Origin: an uncultured bacterium
Lineage (GTDB): Bacteria; Zixibacteria; MSB-5A5; GN15; FEB-12
DNA length: 64,000 nucleotides
Reading direction: 5' to 3'
Assembly (NCBI GenBank): GCA_965372795.1
Contig: CBDVDR010000017.1
Location: 1 to 64,000, forward strand
This document shows positions 1 to 9,982 of the stretch, piece after piece; the stretch's first letter is position 1, and the number at the start of each line of letters is the position of its first letter. Made by a program: the position numbers and the translations under genes. The notes below the pieces were generated by a model. The model ran no database searches. It was given only the letters and a program-made list of their open reading frames with translations, and was not told the DNA's origin.

Positions 1-21
1 CTGCACTTCAGCAGGCAGGAT

Positions 22-429
22 TTACGGTATTGTCAGAATTTTATTATCTTGTTTTATAGATTGATCAATTGCAACTTTATAATAAATTTCTGCATTAGCA
101 TAATTACATTTTATTAATTCAATATTTCCAATTTTGAGAAGTATCTCTATATCAAGTGGATCATTCATTTCTATTTTATTATCGTAAACTATTTTAGCAC
201 TATCATGTTCTTTAGGTATATCAATATTCGACAAATCTCCATTACTAACAGGAACTTCATTGTAGACTTTAACAATAGTGACATTATTAGAGTTGCATTG
301 AAAAATATTGTTTTTATTAAAAATAAAAAGACTAAATAATAGAACCACCAAAGCGATTAGAGCAATCGTATTCCCTTTTTTTTGCTCTCTTAATTGTTCT
401 TTCTGAACTTTATCTCTCTTCCCCATCAA
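22..429 (-). CDS. Hypothetical membrane-anchored protein (AT-rich orphan)
   Basis: 135-aa ORF with one hydrophobic segment (TIALIALVVLLFSLFIF), GGAG RBS upstream, no recognised family. Confidence 0.55.
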   Translation of the reverse strand: MMGKRDKVQKEQLREQKKGNTIALIALVVLLFSLFIFNKNNIFQCNSNNVTIVKVYNEVPVSNGDLSNIDIPKEHDSAKIVYDNKIEMNDPLDIEILLKIGNIELIKCNYANAEIYYKVAIDQSIKQDNKILTIP

Positions 430-456
430 CCTCTCCTATGTATCAAAGTGACAATG

Positions 457-774
457 TCACTTGCCCATTTCGTCTAAAACCCAGCTGACATAAGACGGCA
501 TTCCTTCGGCAACCGGCATCGTTACAACCTCGGGAATTTTATGGGGATGATGTTTTTTCACAAACGTAATCAACTGTTCTACTTTTTGCTGAGTAGTTTT
601 AACAACGATTAGAGATTCATCGGCGGTTTCGACCTTTCCTTTCCACCAGTAATATGATTTAACATTCGGCAGAATATTAACACAGGCAGCCAGTCGAAAA
701 TCGACAATCGCTTTCGCCAGATCATTAGCTTTATCAGTCGGCGTGGAGATAAAGGCAACTCGAAGATTTTCCAT
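457..774 (-). CDS. cutA: Divalent-cation tolerance protein CutA
   Basis: RLAACVNI, SYYWWKGKVE and HPH-x-x-PE motifs typical of CutA1. Confidence 0.92.
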   Translation of the reverse strand: MENLRVAFISTPTDKANDLAKAIVDFRLAACVNILPNVKSYYWWKGKVETADESLIVVKTTQQKVEQLITFVKKHHPHKIPEVVTMPVAEGMPSYVSWVLDEMGK

Positions 775-1082
775 TATTTTTTTACCCCTCGTCTTAATAG
801 GTTTTCGATTGATTTAATTTTACCTTCTAAGCGATTCTCTGCGTTGCGACGATCATCAATTGTTATGCTTATATAAATACGGTCATGATTTCTTTTTAAT
901 TCCAGACGGGCTTTATTGATTACTCTCATCACTTCATCCCACTCGCCCTCAATACTTGTCGACATGGCTGACAATTTGTAGGGCAGTCCTGATTTATCAA
1001 TTATGTCGATCACTTTTGCAACATGTTTCGAAACTGAAGTCCCAGCCCGGCCAGTGGGAAACATTGTCAATTGAAACAACAT
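774..1082 (-). CDS. Thiamine-binding protein, MTH1187/YkoF family
   Basis: SVSKHVAKVIDIIDKSGLPYKLSAMSTSIEGEWDEVM pattern, ~100 aa. Confidence 0.85.
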   Translation of the reverse strand: MLFQLTMFPTGRAGTSVSKHVAKVIDIIDKSGLPYKLSAMSTSIEGEWDEVMRVINKARLELKRNHDRIYISITIDDRRNAENRLEGKIKSIENLLRRGVKK

Positions 1083-1084
1083 TG

Positions 1085-2341
1085 TTAAACCTCTTCCATT
1101 CTTTCTTTATACAGTGGAAATTTTTCACAGAAGATTTTGACTTCATCAGCTATTTTTAGAAGTTCTTCTTCTTTCCTTCGATTTGAAATTGCCCGATCAA
1201 TAAATTCAGCGATAACCTTCATATCATCGGTACCCATGCCACGAGTTGTGATTGCCGGTGTGCCGATTCTTACTCCGGATGTTACAAACGGTTTTTCAGG
1301 ATCAAATGGAACTGTGTTTTTGTTGGCTGTCATTCCGGCAAGATCCATCGCTTTTTCAATTTTCTTCCCGCTCACTTTCGGAACATCAATAAACGACATC
1401 AACATCAAATGAGTATCGGTGCCATTTGAAACAAGCTTGTGGCCTTTTTCCATTAATGCACCAGCCAGAGCCGAGGCATTTTCGACAACTCTTTTTTGAT
1501 AGACTTTAAATTCATCGGTCAACGCTTCTTTGAAAGCTACGGCTTTGGCAGCGATTACATGCATCAACGGTCCGCCCTGAATTCCCGGCATTACCGTCCG
1601 GTCAAGATCAGCGGCATATTGTTCTTTGCACATCACCACTCCCCCGCGCGGTCCGCGTAGAGTTTTATGGGTTGTCGATGTTACAAAATCGGCAAACGGA
1701 ACCGGTGAAGGATGCAGCCCGGCGGCAACCAGTCCGGCGATATGTGCGATATCCACCATCATGATGGCTCCGCAGGTATCGCAGGCTTCTCTGATTTTTC
1801 CAAAATCCCAAACTCGCGGGTAGGCAGAAGCTCCGGCAACAATCATTTTCGGTTTTATCTCTTTAGCAGTTTCAATCAGTTTATCATAGTCGATTACTTC
1901 GGTCTCTTTATTGACCTGATAGCCGACAAAATCATAAAGCATCCCTGAAAAATTTATCGGGTGTCCATGAGTCAAATGACCTCCGTGCGAAAGGTCGAGT
2001 CCCATAACTTTATCGCCCGGTTTCAAAACTGTAAAATAAGCCGCCATATTTGCCTGTGATCCGGAATGAGGTTGGACATTGGCATGGTCACAATTAAAAA
2101 TTTGTTTAAGTCGGTCACGGGCGAGGTCTTCGGCAACATCCACAAATTCACAACCGCCATAATATCTTTTACCGGGGTACCCTTCGGCATATTTGTTGGT
2201 CATGATTCCGCCCATCGCCTCGAGGACGGCTTCGGATACAAAATTTTCCGAGGCGATCAGTTCAAGTTTCGTTGACTGACGGTTGGTTTCATTGTTGATT
2301 GCGTTATATATTTCGGGGTCGCTATTTTTTAAATATGACAT
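1085..2341 (-). CDS. glyA: Serine hydroxymethyltransferase
   Basis: [25 protein letters not shown] and PLP motif [12 protein letters not shown]. Confidence 0.98.
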   Translation of the reverse strand: MSYLKNSDPEIYNAINNETNRQSTKLELIASENFVSEAVLEAMGGIMTNKYAEGYPGKRYYGGCEFVDVAEDLARDRLKQIFNCDHANVQPHSGSQANMAAYFTVLKPGDKVMGLDLSHGGHLTHGHPINFSGMLYDFVGYQVNKETEVIDYDKLIETAKEIKPKMIVAGASAYPRVWDFGKIREACDTCGAIMMVDIAHIAGLVAAGLHPSPVPFADFVTSTTHKTLRGPRGGVVMCKEQYAADLDRTVMPGIQGGPLMHVIAAKAVAFKEALTDEFKVYQKRVVENASALAGALMEKGHKLVSNGTDTHLMLMSFIDVPKVSGKKIEKAMDLAGMTANKNTVPFDPEKPFVTSGVRIGTPAITTRGMGTDDMKVIAEFIDRAISNRRKEEELLKIADEVKIFCEKFPLYKERMEEV

Positions 2342-2452
2342 AATTTAAAACTCCAAAAATCGGTTTATAATCTTGAAACTCTATATGGCGGAATGTACGG
2401 ATATGTTTAGGTCAGGTCAATATAATGTATGGAAATAACAAACCCCTGCGAA

Positions 2453-2911
2453 TCAGTTCTGTTTCTCCCCTAACCCCTGTTCGGCTTTGATGATTTTCTC
2501 GACCCGTTGGATATGGCGACCGCCCTCAAAATCGGTGCTAAGAAAAGCATCTATAATTTCTTTCAATTCACTTTCGTTGGTATACTTCGATGAAAGGGTT
2601 AAAACATTGGCATTATTATGTAACCGGGTATAATATGCCATCTCGGTATTCAACGCCAATCCGGCACGGATGCCTTTTATTTTGTTGGCGGCGATATTCA
2701 TACCGTTACCCGTCATGCAAATTGTAATCCCAAAATCGACTTCTCCATCGGCAACTGCATGGGCAACTTTGAAACCAAAATCAGGATAGTCGACCGAATC
2801 ATCGCTATTGGGACCAAGGTCTTTTACCTCGTGTCCCAAAGATTTTAAAATCTCAATAACTTTCTGCTTGTAATCAACACCACGATGATCGGCACCAATG
2901 GCAATTTTCAT
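2453..2911 (-). CDS. rpiB: Ribose-5-phosphate isomerase B
   Basis: IAIGADHRG, DYPD, C-x-TG-x-G, HNNAN, FEGGRH. ATG at 2911 overlaps the ilvE stop (TGATG). Confidence 0.95.
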   Translation of the reverse strand: MKIAIGADHRGVDYKQKVIEILKSLGHEVKDLGPNSDDSVDYPDFGFKVAHAVADGEVDFGITICMTGNGMNIAANKIKGIRAGLALNTEMAYYTRLHNNANVLTLSSKYTNESELKEIIDAFLSTDFEGGRHIQRVEKIIKAEQGLGEKQN

Positions 2912-3849
2912 CAAACTTTCACTCCTTCATATTCAGACACATAGGTCAGCCAGCCGAATTTATCTTCTGCCTTACCTTCTACGATATCAAAATAAGCCTT
3001 TTGAAGTTTTTTTGTAATCGGACCACGCTCACCATTGCCGACTTCAATATTATCAATACTTGAAATCGGAGTAACTTCAGCTGCTGAACCGGTAAAGAAA
3101 ACTTCATCGGCAAGATAAAGAGCCTCACGCGGAACATTGCTTTCGATTACATTTATCCCCATATCTTTTGCAATTGTAATAATTGAACTGCGGGTAATCC
3201 CCGGTAAAATAGATGCGGCAAAAGTTGGTGTTATCAATGAACCTTTTCTGACCAAAAAGATATTTTGAGCCGAACCCTCGGAAACATTTCCATAAACATC
3301 CAATGCTATACCTTCGGCGTATCCATGAGCCAAAGCTTCCATCTTAATCAATTGGCTGTTCATATAATTAGCACCGGCTTTAGCCATGGCCGGCATTGTA
3401 TTCGGAGCAATACGATTCCAGGATGAAAAACAGACCGAGACTCCTTTTTCGACGGCATCTTTTCCAAGATACGCACCCCAGGGCCAGACAGCGATAGCAA
3501 TATCAATTGGACAATCTGAAGGGTCGACACCCAGCGTTCCATAACCACGATAAGCAACCGGACGAATATAGCATGAATCTAATTTGTTAACTTCAATCAA
3601 TTGCATAATAGCATTATTAATTTCATCTTGAGAAAAAGGAATTTTCATGCGATAAATTTTGGCTGAATTCAACAAACGCTGAGTGTGGTCATCCATTCGA
3701 AAAACAGCCGGACCTTTTGGAGTACTGTATACCCGCATTCCTTCAAATACCGATGAACCGTAATGTACCACATGAGAAAGGACATGTATTTGAGCATCTT
3801 CCCATTTCACCAATTTCCCATTCATCCAGATATATTCAGTCGTAGTCAT
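2911..3849 (-). CDS. ilvE: Branched-chain amino acid aminotransferase
   Basis: HYGSSVFEG, YIRP, AKAGANY, ILPGITR, EVFFTGSAAEVTP. Confidence 0.96.
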   Translation of the reverse strand: MTTTEYIWMNGKLVKWEDAQIHVLSHVVHYGSSVFEGMRVYSTPKGPAVFRMDDHTQRLLNSAKIYRMKIPFSQDEINNAIMQLIEVNKLDSCYIRPVAYRGYGTLGVDPSDCPIDIAIAVWPWGAYLGKDAVEKGVSVCFSSWNRIAPNTMPAMAKAGANYMNSQLIKMEALAHGYAEGIALDVYGNVSEGSAQNIFLVRKGSLITPTFAASILPGITRSSIITIAKDMGINVIESNVPREALYLADEVFFTGSAAEVTPISSIDNIEVGNGERGPITKKLQKAYFDIVEGKAEDKFGWLTYVSEYEGVKV

Positions 3850-4003
3850 ATTTGTAGTCCTCCAATTTATTTCATGATATTATTTTCACATGTCACATTA
3901 TAATCGAAATCATGAGCGATTTCAAATGAATAATGAGCCTGAGGTTCTATTATTATACGTATAAACAGGACAAAGGGTTAGGTTTATTTAATCGCTTCAA
4001 AAA

Positions 4004-4576
4004 TCACTTTTTGCCGACAAATTTCCATACTGATGGTAAAATTACCGATGCTACTATGATTTTCACAACCGCCCCCGGTAAATACGGATAAAAACCCAAC
4101 ATCATCACACTCTCGCCACCGATAAATCGACTCAGCCAGATCAACCCAAAAACGAAAATTAAAGCTGTTCCGAATATCATGGCAAAAACAGATGTTGCCC
4201 AGTGTTTATCCCAGCCCCTATCAGCCAGATATCCGACTAAATAAGCTGAGGCTAAGAACCCTAATAGATATCCTCCGGTTGGTCCCATCAAAGCTGCCAT
4301 GCCCGATTTACCGCCGGCAAAAACCGGTAATCCCATAGCTCCTTCGGCTAAGTAAGCCAATACAACGGTACTACCACGGGTTTTGCCAAGTGTCATGGCA
4401 ATTAGGAGAACTCCAAAAGTCTGTCCGGTTATTGGAACCGGTGAAAACGGGATATTTAAAGTTAGATAAGAAGTAGCAATTAAAAGCAGATTAAAAGTTA
4501 ACAGAACCGGAATTTCCATCAACTTTGAAGATGGTTTTATATATGTATCGTATACTGATAAAGCTCTTGCTGACAT
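4004..4576 (-). CDS. bioY: Biotin transporter BioY
   Basis: PVPITGQTF, GLPVFAGG, GPTGGYLLGF, hydrophobic. Confidence 0.95.
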   Translation of the reverse strand: MSARALSVYDTYIKPSSKLMEIPVLLTFNLLLIATSYLTLNIPFSPVPITGQTFGVLLIAMTLGKTRGSTVVLAYLAEGAMGLPVFAGGKSGMAALMGPTGGYLLGFLASAYLVGYLADRGWDKHWATSVFAMIFGTALIFVFGLIWLSRFIGGESVMMLGFYPYLPGAVVKIIVASVILPSVWKFVGKK

Positions 4577-4700
4577 ATTGATTTCCTTTCAATGTTTGAC
4601 TGAGTTTAATATGATTAACCTTCAAAATCAAGATGAAATGTTAATTTTATAAATTTACCTTGCCAAATATCAAATTTCGCTTATTTTCACAAAAACTTAT

Positions 4701-4754
4701 GCAGGGGATGGAGTCCCCCTTTGCCCGCCAGAAATGGCTGATGACTCCTGCCAA
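4701..4754 (+). ncRNA. Fluoride (crcB) riboswitch aptamer
   Basis: GGGGATGGAGTCCCCC...GCTGATGACTCCTGC matches the fluoride riboswitch consensus (GATGGAG P1 loop pairing with CTCC in the pseudoknot), directly upstream of crcB. Confidence 0.9.
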
Positions 4755-4819
4755 TGATTGAACGATATCTTGTATTACCATTTTGGCAGGTGATTTACAT
4801 CTGCAAGGAGGAACTTACT

Positions 4820-5221
4820 TTGACTCAGAAAATTCTACTCATAGCCTTAGCCGGTGCCTTTGGCACTCTTGCCCGATATGGATTAGTCTCGTTGTTACAA
4901 AAAAGCGGTAACAATATTCTCCCTTGGGGAACGCTATCGGTCAATTTGATCGGTTGTTTTCTGGGCGGTATTGTCTGGGCAATCACCGAACAAAAATTTC
5001 ATCTTAGCAACGATACCAGAGCAATTATTCTGATCGGTTTCATGGGTGCCTTTACGACTTTCTCATCGTTCATTATGGAAACTTCGGTGTTGATGCGTGA
5101 TGCCGAATGGATTCGGGCGGCAAGTAATGTTTTGATGCAAAATGTTGTGGGTGCGATGGCTTTGTTCGGCGGATTTTCTATGGGACAGAAATTGCTTGAG
5201 AAGATGCAGAGTATCGGTTAG
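4820..5221 (+). CDS. crcB: Fluoride channel CrcB/Fluc
   Basis: GAFGTLARY, PWGTLSVN, GFMGAFTTFSSF. Start moved from 4754 to TTG 4820, which follows the AAGGAGG SD at 4805-4811. Confidence 0.95.
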   Translation: MTQKILLIALAGAFGTLARYGLVSLLQKSGNNILPWGTLSVNLIGCFLGGIVWAITEQKFHLSNDTRAIILIGFMGAFTTFSSFIMETSVLMRDAEWIRAASNVLMQNVVGAMALFGGFSMGQKLLEKMQSIG

Positions 5222-6240
5222 TTTTTAATTATCTCAACTAGCTTGTTATAAAACACTTTATATTCAAAACCTTTTTCTTCGAAAGTAAAACCCATCTGTT
5301 CGTTTACTTCCTGCATTGGTTTATTCACTGCCCGCATATAAGTCACAACTTTTTCAAGACCAGCAAAATCTTCACAAAGTTTCTCAAACATCGTCGCCTT
5401 CAACCATTTGGAAAGACCTCTCCCCCGATACTTTCTGGTTACCCCAGTCATTAGTTGATTGGCTTCTGATTGAATACTCAAATTTATCTGGGCTGTAGAA
5501 AAACCTATCAATTGATCGTCTGCGTTAATCAGAAACATATTATAGTTCATCACATCATTTTTCATGCGCCATTCATCAATCTGCTTTTGTTCCTCAACGG
5601 TTGTATGAAAATCAAAGGCAGATCCTTTATCACTGGGCATATCCTCAAAAGATGTAATCAGCATGTCAACATGTTGTTGATAATATTCATCCGGAATTTC
5701 TGCATAAAATTTGATTTTCAAATCCGGATTTTGTTCCGGGATTTTGGTCGTCCAATTTATAATATTATTTCTGTTAGCATTTTCTTTTAACAAAATAAAT
5801 TTATTCATATACCCCTGAAGATCCCCATCCCATTTTTTTATAACAGTTTCTATTCTCTGGTCGTATATAAACATTCCGAAAGACTCGACAGAGTAACCTT
5901 TAAAATATTCAACAATTTCATTTGTAATAAGTTTTTCTAAATCGACTGGAATTTTTTCATGCAAAAAATCAAAATCAACATAATAACTTTGATTCTTTTT
6001 TCCGTAATTATCAATATCTAAAAGAATAAGGCCGATGATTGTTTCATCTTCATATATAAAACGGAAATCATACCCTTCGATCATCTCAAGGCGCGAGAGA
6101 AGTTTCTTTTTAACTTCCTGCCAACTGGTTGCATGAAATTGTGAGTTATACTTTTCTTTAAGAGTTATCCTGAGCTTGAAGTATTCCTCCCACTCTTGAT
6201 CAGTCGGTTTAAATTTTCTGAGATTCTTTATTTTGAACAT
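5218..6240 (-). CDS. GNAT-family N-acetyltransferase
   Basis: C-terminal TGVTRKYRGRGLSKWLK acetyl-CoA motif and N-x-PM-x-x-VN-x-x-MGF. Likely start ATG 6240. Confidence 0.8.
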   Translation of the reverse strand: MFKIKNLRKFKPTDQEWEEYFKLRITLKEKYNSQFHATSWQEVKKKLLSRLEMIEGYDFRFIYEDETIIGLILLDIDNYGKKNQSYYVDFDFLHEKIPVDLEKLITNEIVEYFKGYSVESFGMFIYDQRIETVIKKWDGDLQGYMNKFILLKENANRNNIINWTTKIPEQNPDLKIKFYAEIPDEYYQQHVDMLITSFEDMPSDKGSAFDFHTTVEEQKQIDEWRMKNDVMNYNMFLINADDQLIGFSTAQINLSIQSEANQLMTGVTRKYRGRGLSKWLKATMFEKLCEDFAGLEKVVTYMRAVNKPMQEVNEQMGFTFEEKGFEYKVFYNKLVEIIKN

Positions 6241-6271
6241 AATTATACTTAAGCTTTTAAAGTGGCTTATA

Positions 6272-6889
6272 CTATTCCCCAAATTCATATCCAGACGAAT
6301 TTATTTCTGATTGAAACTCTCGAAGATACATAATACCAGTAATTATATGTTCAAGAGATATTGACAATTTTACCATATGATCAGAAAACCTACGAATATT
6401 AATGTGTGTTACCCCTGTAATAGATTTATCTCCTTTTTTTGTTGTTGGATATCTAAAGTTCATAGAGTTAGGATCAATTTGTGAAAATTCATTTATTACA
6501 TGTTCGGCGTGATCAAGTTCAAGCTGTTCATCTTCATCCTCGAAAACTTTAATAGAAATCGGCTTAGCTATATTCCACAATTTTATAATGTCATGATGCT
6601 TCGGAAAAACACCTTCTTCTTCTAAAAGGATGCGACCTTCTTTTATTATCTTTTTTAACCTCAACTCGATATAGTGGCGGTATTGAAAGACAATAGGATA
6701 GATTAGTACATCTTGTTCCATTTCATTTGAAAGAGCAAACTCTACGAGTCTATCACCTCCATATTTATAGCCAGTTATGTATAGTTCTGAGTCATCATGC
6801 ATATAGTTTAAGCAAGCATTTGCCTTCCAATCATCATCCGCAAAAAACTGATTCAAACTTTTCTTTACTTTTCGACATATCTCCCTCAA
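6272..6889 (-). CDS. Hypothetical protein, HEPN-like fold
   Basis: RHYIELRLK...HDIIKLW...FRYP resembles the HEPN E-x-x-LK / HDL / RYP pattern, AT-rich. Confidence 0.55.
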   Translation of the reverse strand: MREICRKVKKSLNQFFADDDWKANACLNYMHDDSELYITGYKYGGDRLVEFALSNEMEQDVLIYPIVFQYRHYIELRLKKIIKEGRILLEEEGVFPKHHDIIKLWNIAKPISIKVFEDEDEQLELDHAEHVINEFSQIDPNSMNFRYPTTKKGDKSITGVTHINIRRFSDHMVKLSISLEHIITGIMYLREFQSEINSSGYEFGE

Positions 6890-6894
6890 ATATT

Positions 6895-7575
6895 TTAGGA
6901 TTGTTTCACTTCTTTAATTATTATATGGTCTTGCATTTGATTCTTATTTGCTATAAATGTGCCATCCCAAAACACTTCTACAAAATAAGTATGATTCTTC
7001 TTAATATTATCTCCAACTACTTCAATTTTGTATCTAACTGTCTCACCAGAATTAACATAACCTTGAAAATTACCCGGAAATGCATAAAGAGAAGGCTTAA
7101 AGCAATTTGTTTGTTGATTAATGTAACCGAGGTCAATGTATCTATCTGACCCTACAGTGGGTAATAATACATTAAATTTAGAAAAAGCCCATGTCATTTG
7201 CATAGGTATAATATATGTTACTAATTCGAATTTTCCAGTATTGACATTTTTTTTTGATATTTCTGATAATAAAACTCTAACATTTGTAGCTGAGTGTTTT
7301 TTTAAATTTACTAATTTCAAATGATAATAGAATGTTGGAACTCCAGTATTATGATGATAGTTTAAATCTCCAGTAAAATTGTGCTTAGAAAGAACTAAAG
7401 CTGGTTTGAAAAAATTTTTCTTTATCGAATCTCCATAGATTGCGATAACAGCAAGTATGAGAGTCCCAATCGCAGCTATAAAAGTTGCTATATCTTTTAA
7501 GCTACATGAAGTAATAATTTCGGGTTGCCCTAAATTCGCTAAAACAAATTGCTCTAACACTTTTGATTCAAACAT
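6895..7575 (-). CDS. Hypothetical membrane-anchored protein (AT-rich)
   Basis: 226-aa ORF, N-terminal TM (IATFIAAIGTLILAVIAIYG), beta-rich remainder. Confidence 0.6.
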   Translation of the reverse strand: MFESKVLEQFVLANLGQPEIITSCSLKDIATFIAAIGTLILAVIAIYGDSIKKNFFKPALVLSKHNFTGDLNYHHNTGVPTFYYHLKLVNLKKHSATNVRVLLSEISKKNVNTGKFELVTYIIPMQMTWAFSKFNVLLPTVGSDRYIDLGYINQQTNCFKPSLYAFPGNFQGYVNSGETVRYKIEVVGDNIKKNHTYFVEVFWDGTFIANKNQMQDHIIIKEVKQS

Positions 7576-7667
7576 ATTCGCACCCCTGCTTTATTCAAAT
7601 TTCAATTCAATAAAGGCGAACTTCTTCGCCCAAAAAATACAAAATTCAAACACACTGCGTGTGTGTC

Positions 7668-8825
7668 CTATATCAAGTAACCCTGCTCTTTGGTCGCTTT
7701 CAAAATATCACGGGCGATAACAAGCCGTTGGATCTCTGATGTACCCTCGCCGATCTCACAAAGTTTCACATCCCGCCAGATTCTTTCCGCCGGATAATCA
7801 CCAACATTATATCCCACCGCGCCAAGAACTCCAATCGCTTTGGATGCTGTTCGCGTGCCAACCTCTGAAGCATAAACTTTACACATCGCTGATTGTCGCG
7901 AGAATGGCACTCCGGCATCTTTCATCGCCGAAGCTTCATAAATCATCAATCGTGCCGCCTGCACTTCGGTTGCCATATCTGCAAGGGTATGCTGGATAGC
8001 CTGAAAACTTGAAATCGGTTTCCCGAACTGTTTACGATCACTGGCATATTGCAAAGCACAATCAAGCGCACCCTGTGCCAGACCGAGCGCCATAGCCCCG
8101 ATAGAAATACGACCGCCGTCTAAAGTGATAAGCATCTGCTTGAACCCATCGCCGATATTTCCAAGTAAAGCATCGTCCCCGGTTTTGATATCATCAAAGT
8201 GAAGGGTAGCGGTATCACTCCCCCGCAGTCCAAGTTTATTTTCTTTCTTACCAACCGAATAACCTTTCATAGCTTTTTCAAGGATGAAAGTTGTGATCGC
8301 CGTATCGCTGGGATCTTCTGTGGTCTTGGCTGTAGAAATAGTTGCCAGCGCAGGTGTTGCAGATGTGATAAAACATTTCGTCCCGTTTATCACCCAGCCA
8401 CCATCAACTTTTTTTGCATAAGTCTTAGTCGCTCCAGCATCCGAACCGGCATCCGGTTCGGTCAAACCAAAAGCCAACAGTTCGCCCTCGGCTGCTTTGG
8501 GAAGAAATTTCTTTTTCTGTTCATCAGTACCGAACTTCAGAACCGGAAAAGTCCCCAAAGAATTATGAGCCGCAACCGTTATCCCGGTTGACCCGCAAAC
8601 GCGCGACAATTCTTCTACCGCGATAGAATACGAAACGGTATCAACTTTTTGCCCGCCGTATTCTTCGGGAATGAGCATGCTGAGCATGCCCATTTTTGTT
8701 AGCGGTTCAATATGTTCTGAGAGAAACAATTGTTTCTCATCAAAAATCTTTGCCGTCGGTTCAATTATCTCAAGTGCAAATGCACGGATTTTTTCACGAA
8801 ATTCAAGATGTTTTTTTTCAAGCAC
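7668..8825 (-). CDS. Acyl-CoA dehydrogenase
   Basis: FGLTEPDAGSD, INGTKCFIT, GRISIGA, RKQFGKPI, EIGEGTSEIQR. Confidence 0.95.
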   Translation of the reverse strand: MLEKKHLEFREKIRAFALEIIEPTAKIFDEKQLFLSEHIEPLTKMGMLSMLIPEEYGGQKVDTVSYSIAVEELSRVCGSTGITVAAHNSLGTFPVLKFGTDEQKKKFLPKAAEGELLAFGLTEPDAGSDAGATKTYAKKVDGGWVINGTKCFITSATPALATISTAKTTEDPSDTAITTFILEKAMKGYSVGKKENKLGLRGSDTATLHFDDIKTGDDALLGNIGDGFKQMLITLDGGRISIGAMALGLAQGALDCALQYASDRKQFGKPISSFQAIQHTLADMATEVQAARLMIYEASAMKDAGVPFSRQSAMCKVYASEVGTRTASKAIGVLGAVGYNVGDYPAERIWRDVKLCEIGEGTSEIQRLVIARDILKATKEQGYLI

Positions 8826-8828
8826 TAT

Positions 8829-9971
8829 TTAGTCCTTCAACAATTCACGTGAGATTACCATCTTCTGTGCTTCGGTAGTTCCTTCATAAATTTCAGTAAC
8901 CCGAGCATCACGGAAATATCGTTCAACCGGATATTCCTTCATATAACCATAGCCACCATGAATCTGAACCGCTTCATTGGCAACAAAGTTTGAAGTCTGG
9001 GAACAGAAAAGTTTCGCCATCGATGCTTCCTGATGAAACTCCGCCCCTTCATCCTTCAACAATGCTGCCCGATAGGCAAGCAGACGACCGGCATCAATAC
9101 GAGTTGCCATGTCTGCCAGTTTAAATTGAATAGCCTGAAATTGGCTAAGTGATTTACCAAACTGTTTACGTTCTTTCGAATACTTAATCGCTTCATCCAA
9201 AGCTGCCTGAGCAATTCCTGTAGCCTGGAAAGAGATTCCCAATCTGCCTGAATTTAAAATAGTCACGGCCATTTTAAAACCGCTGTTTAATTCACCCAGT
9301 AAATTCTCTTTTGGAATTATTACATCCGCAAAATTAACTTCCCGGGTATCAGACGCTTTCAGACCGCATTTTTTCTCAGCCACGCCAATTGCAATACCGT
9401 CTAATTCGGCATCAACGATAAAACAGCTCAACCCTTTGTGACGGGTATCCGGGGTTGTCCGTGCAAACACGATAAACATTCCGGCAAAAATAGCATTGGT
9501 CACAAATGTTTTAGTTCCATTAATTAACCAATGGTCACCTTTATCATCTGCGGTAGTTGCAATCGAGCCAACATCAGTCCCGGCATTTGGTTCGGTCACA
9601 CAATAAGCGCCGAGCCTTTCACCGATTGCTAACTGAGGAAGGTATTTCTTCTTTTGGTCTTCAGTGCCAAAAATTCGGAGAATCTCGCCGACTAATGATA
9701 CTTCAACCGAAAGTAATACTGAGAAACCGGCGCAGGCTTTACTGAATTCTTCAATGACACCCATGAATGAAACCGAACTTAATCCCATACCGCCGTATTC
9801 TTCCGGAATACAAAATCCGAAATAACCTAACTCGGCGCATTCTTTTATAAGTTCTTTTGGCGTTTCACCTTTTTCATCAAATTCAAGAGCGTACGGGAAT
9901 AATCTTTTTTCCGCAAACTCTTTTGCCATTTCTTTAAATTCTAAAGCTTCTTCGGACAAATGAAAATCCAT
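8829..9971 (-). CDS. Acyl-CoA dehydrogenase (butyryl/branched-chain-like)
   Basis: TEPNAGTD, RKQFG, QIHGGYGY, EIYEGTTE. Confidence 0.95.
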   Translation of the reverse strand: MDFHLSEEALEFKEMAKEFAEKRLFPYALEFDEKGETPKELIKECAELGYFGFCIPEEYGGMGLSSVSFMGVIEEFSKACAGFSVLLSVEVSLVGEILRIFGTEDQKKKYLPQLAIGERLGAYCVTEPNAGTDVGSIATTADDKGDHWLINGTKTFVTNAIFAGMFIVFARTTPDTRHKGLSCFIVDAELDGIAIGVAEKKCGLKASDTREVNFADVIIPKENLLGELNSGFKMAVTILNSGRLGISFQATGIAQAALDEAIKYSKERKQFGKSLSQFQAIQFKLADMATRIDAGRLLAYRAALLKDEGAEFHQEASMAKLFCSQTSNFVANEAVQIHGGYGYMKEYPVERYFRDARVTEIYEGTTEAQKMVISRELLKD

Positions 9972-9982
9972 GAAATTCTCCT

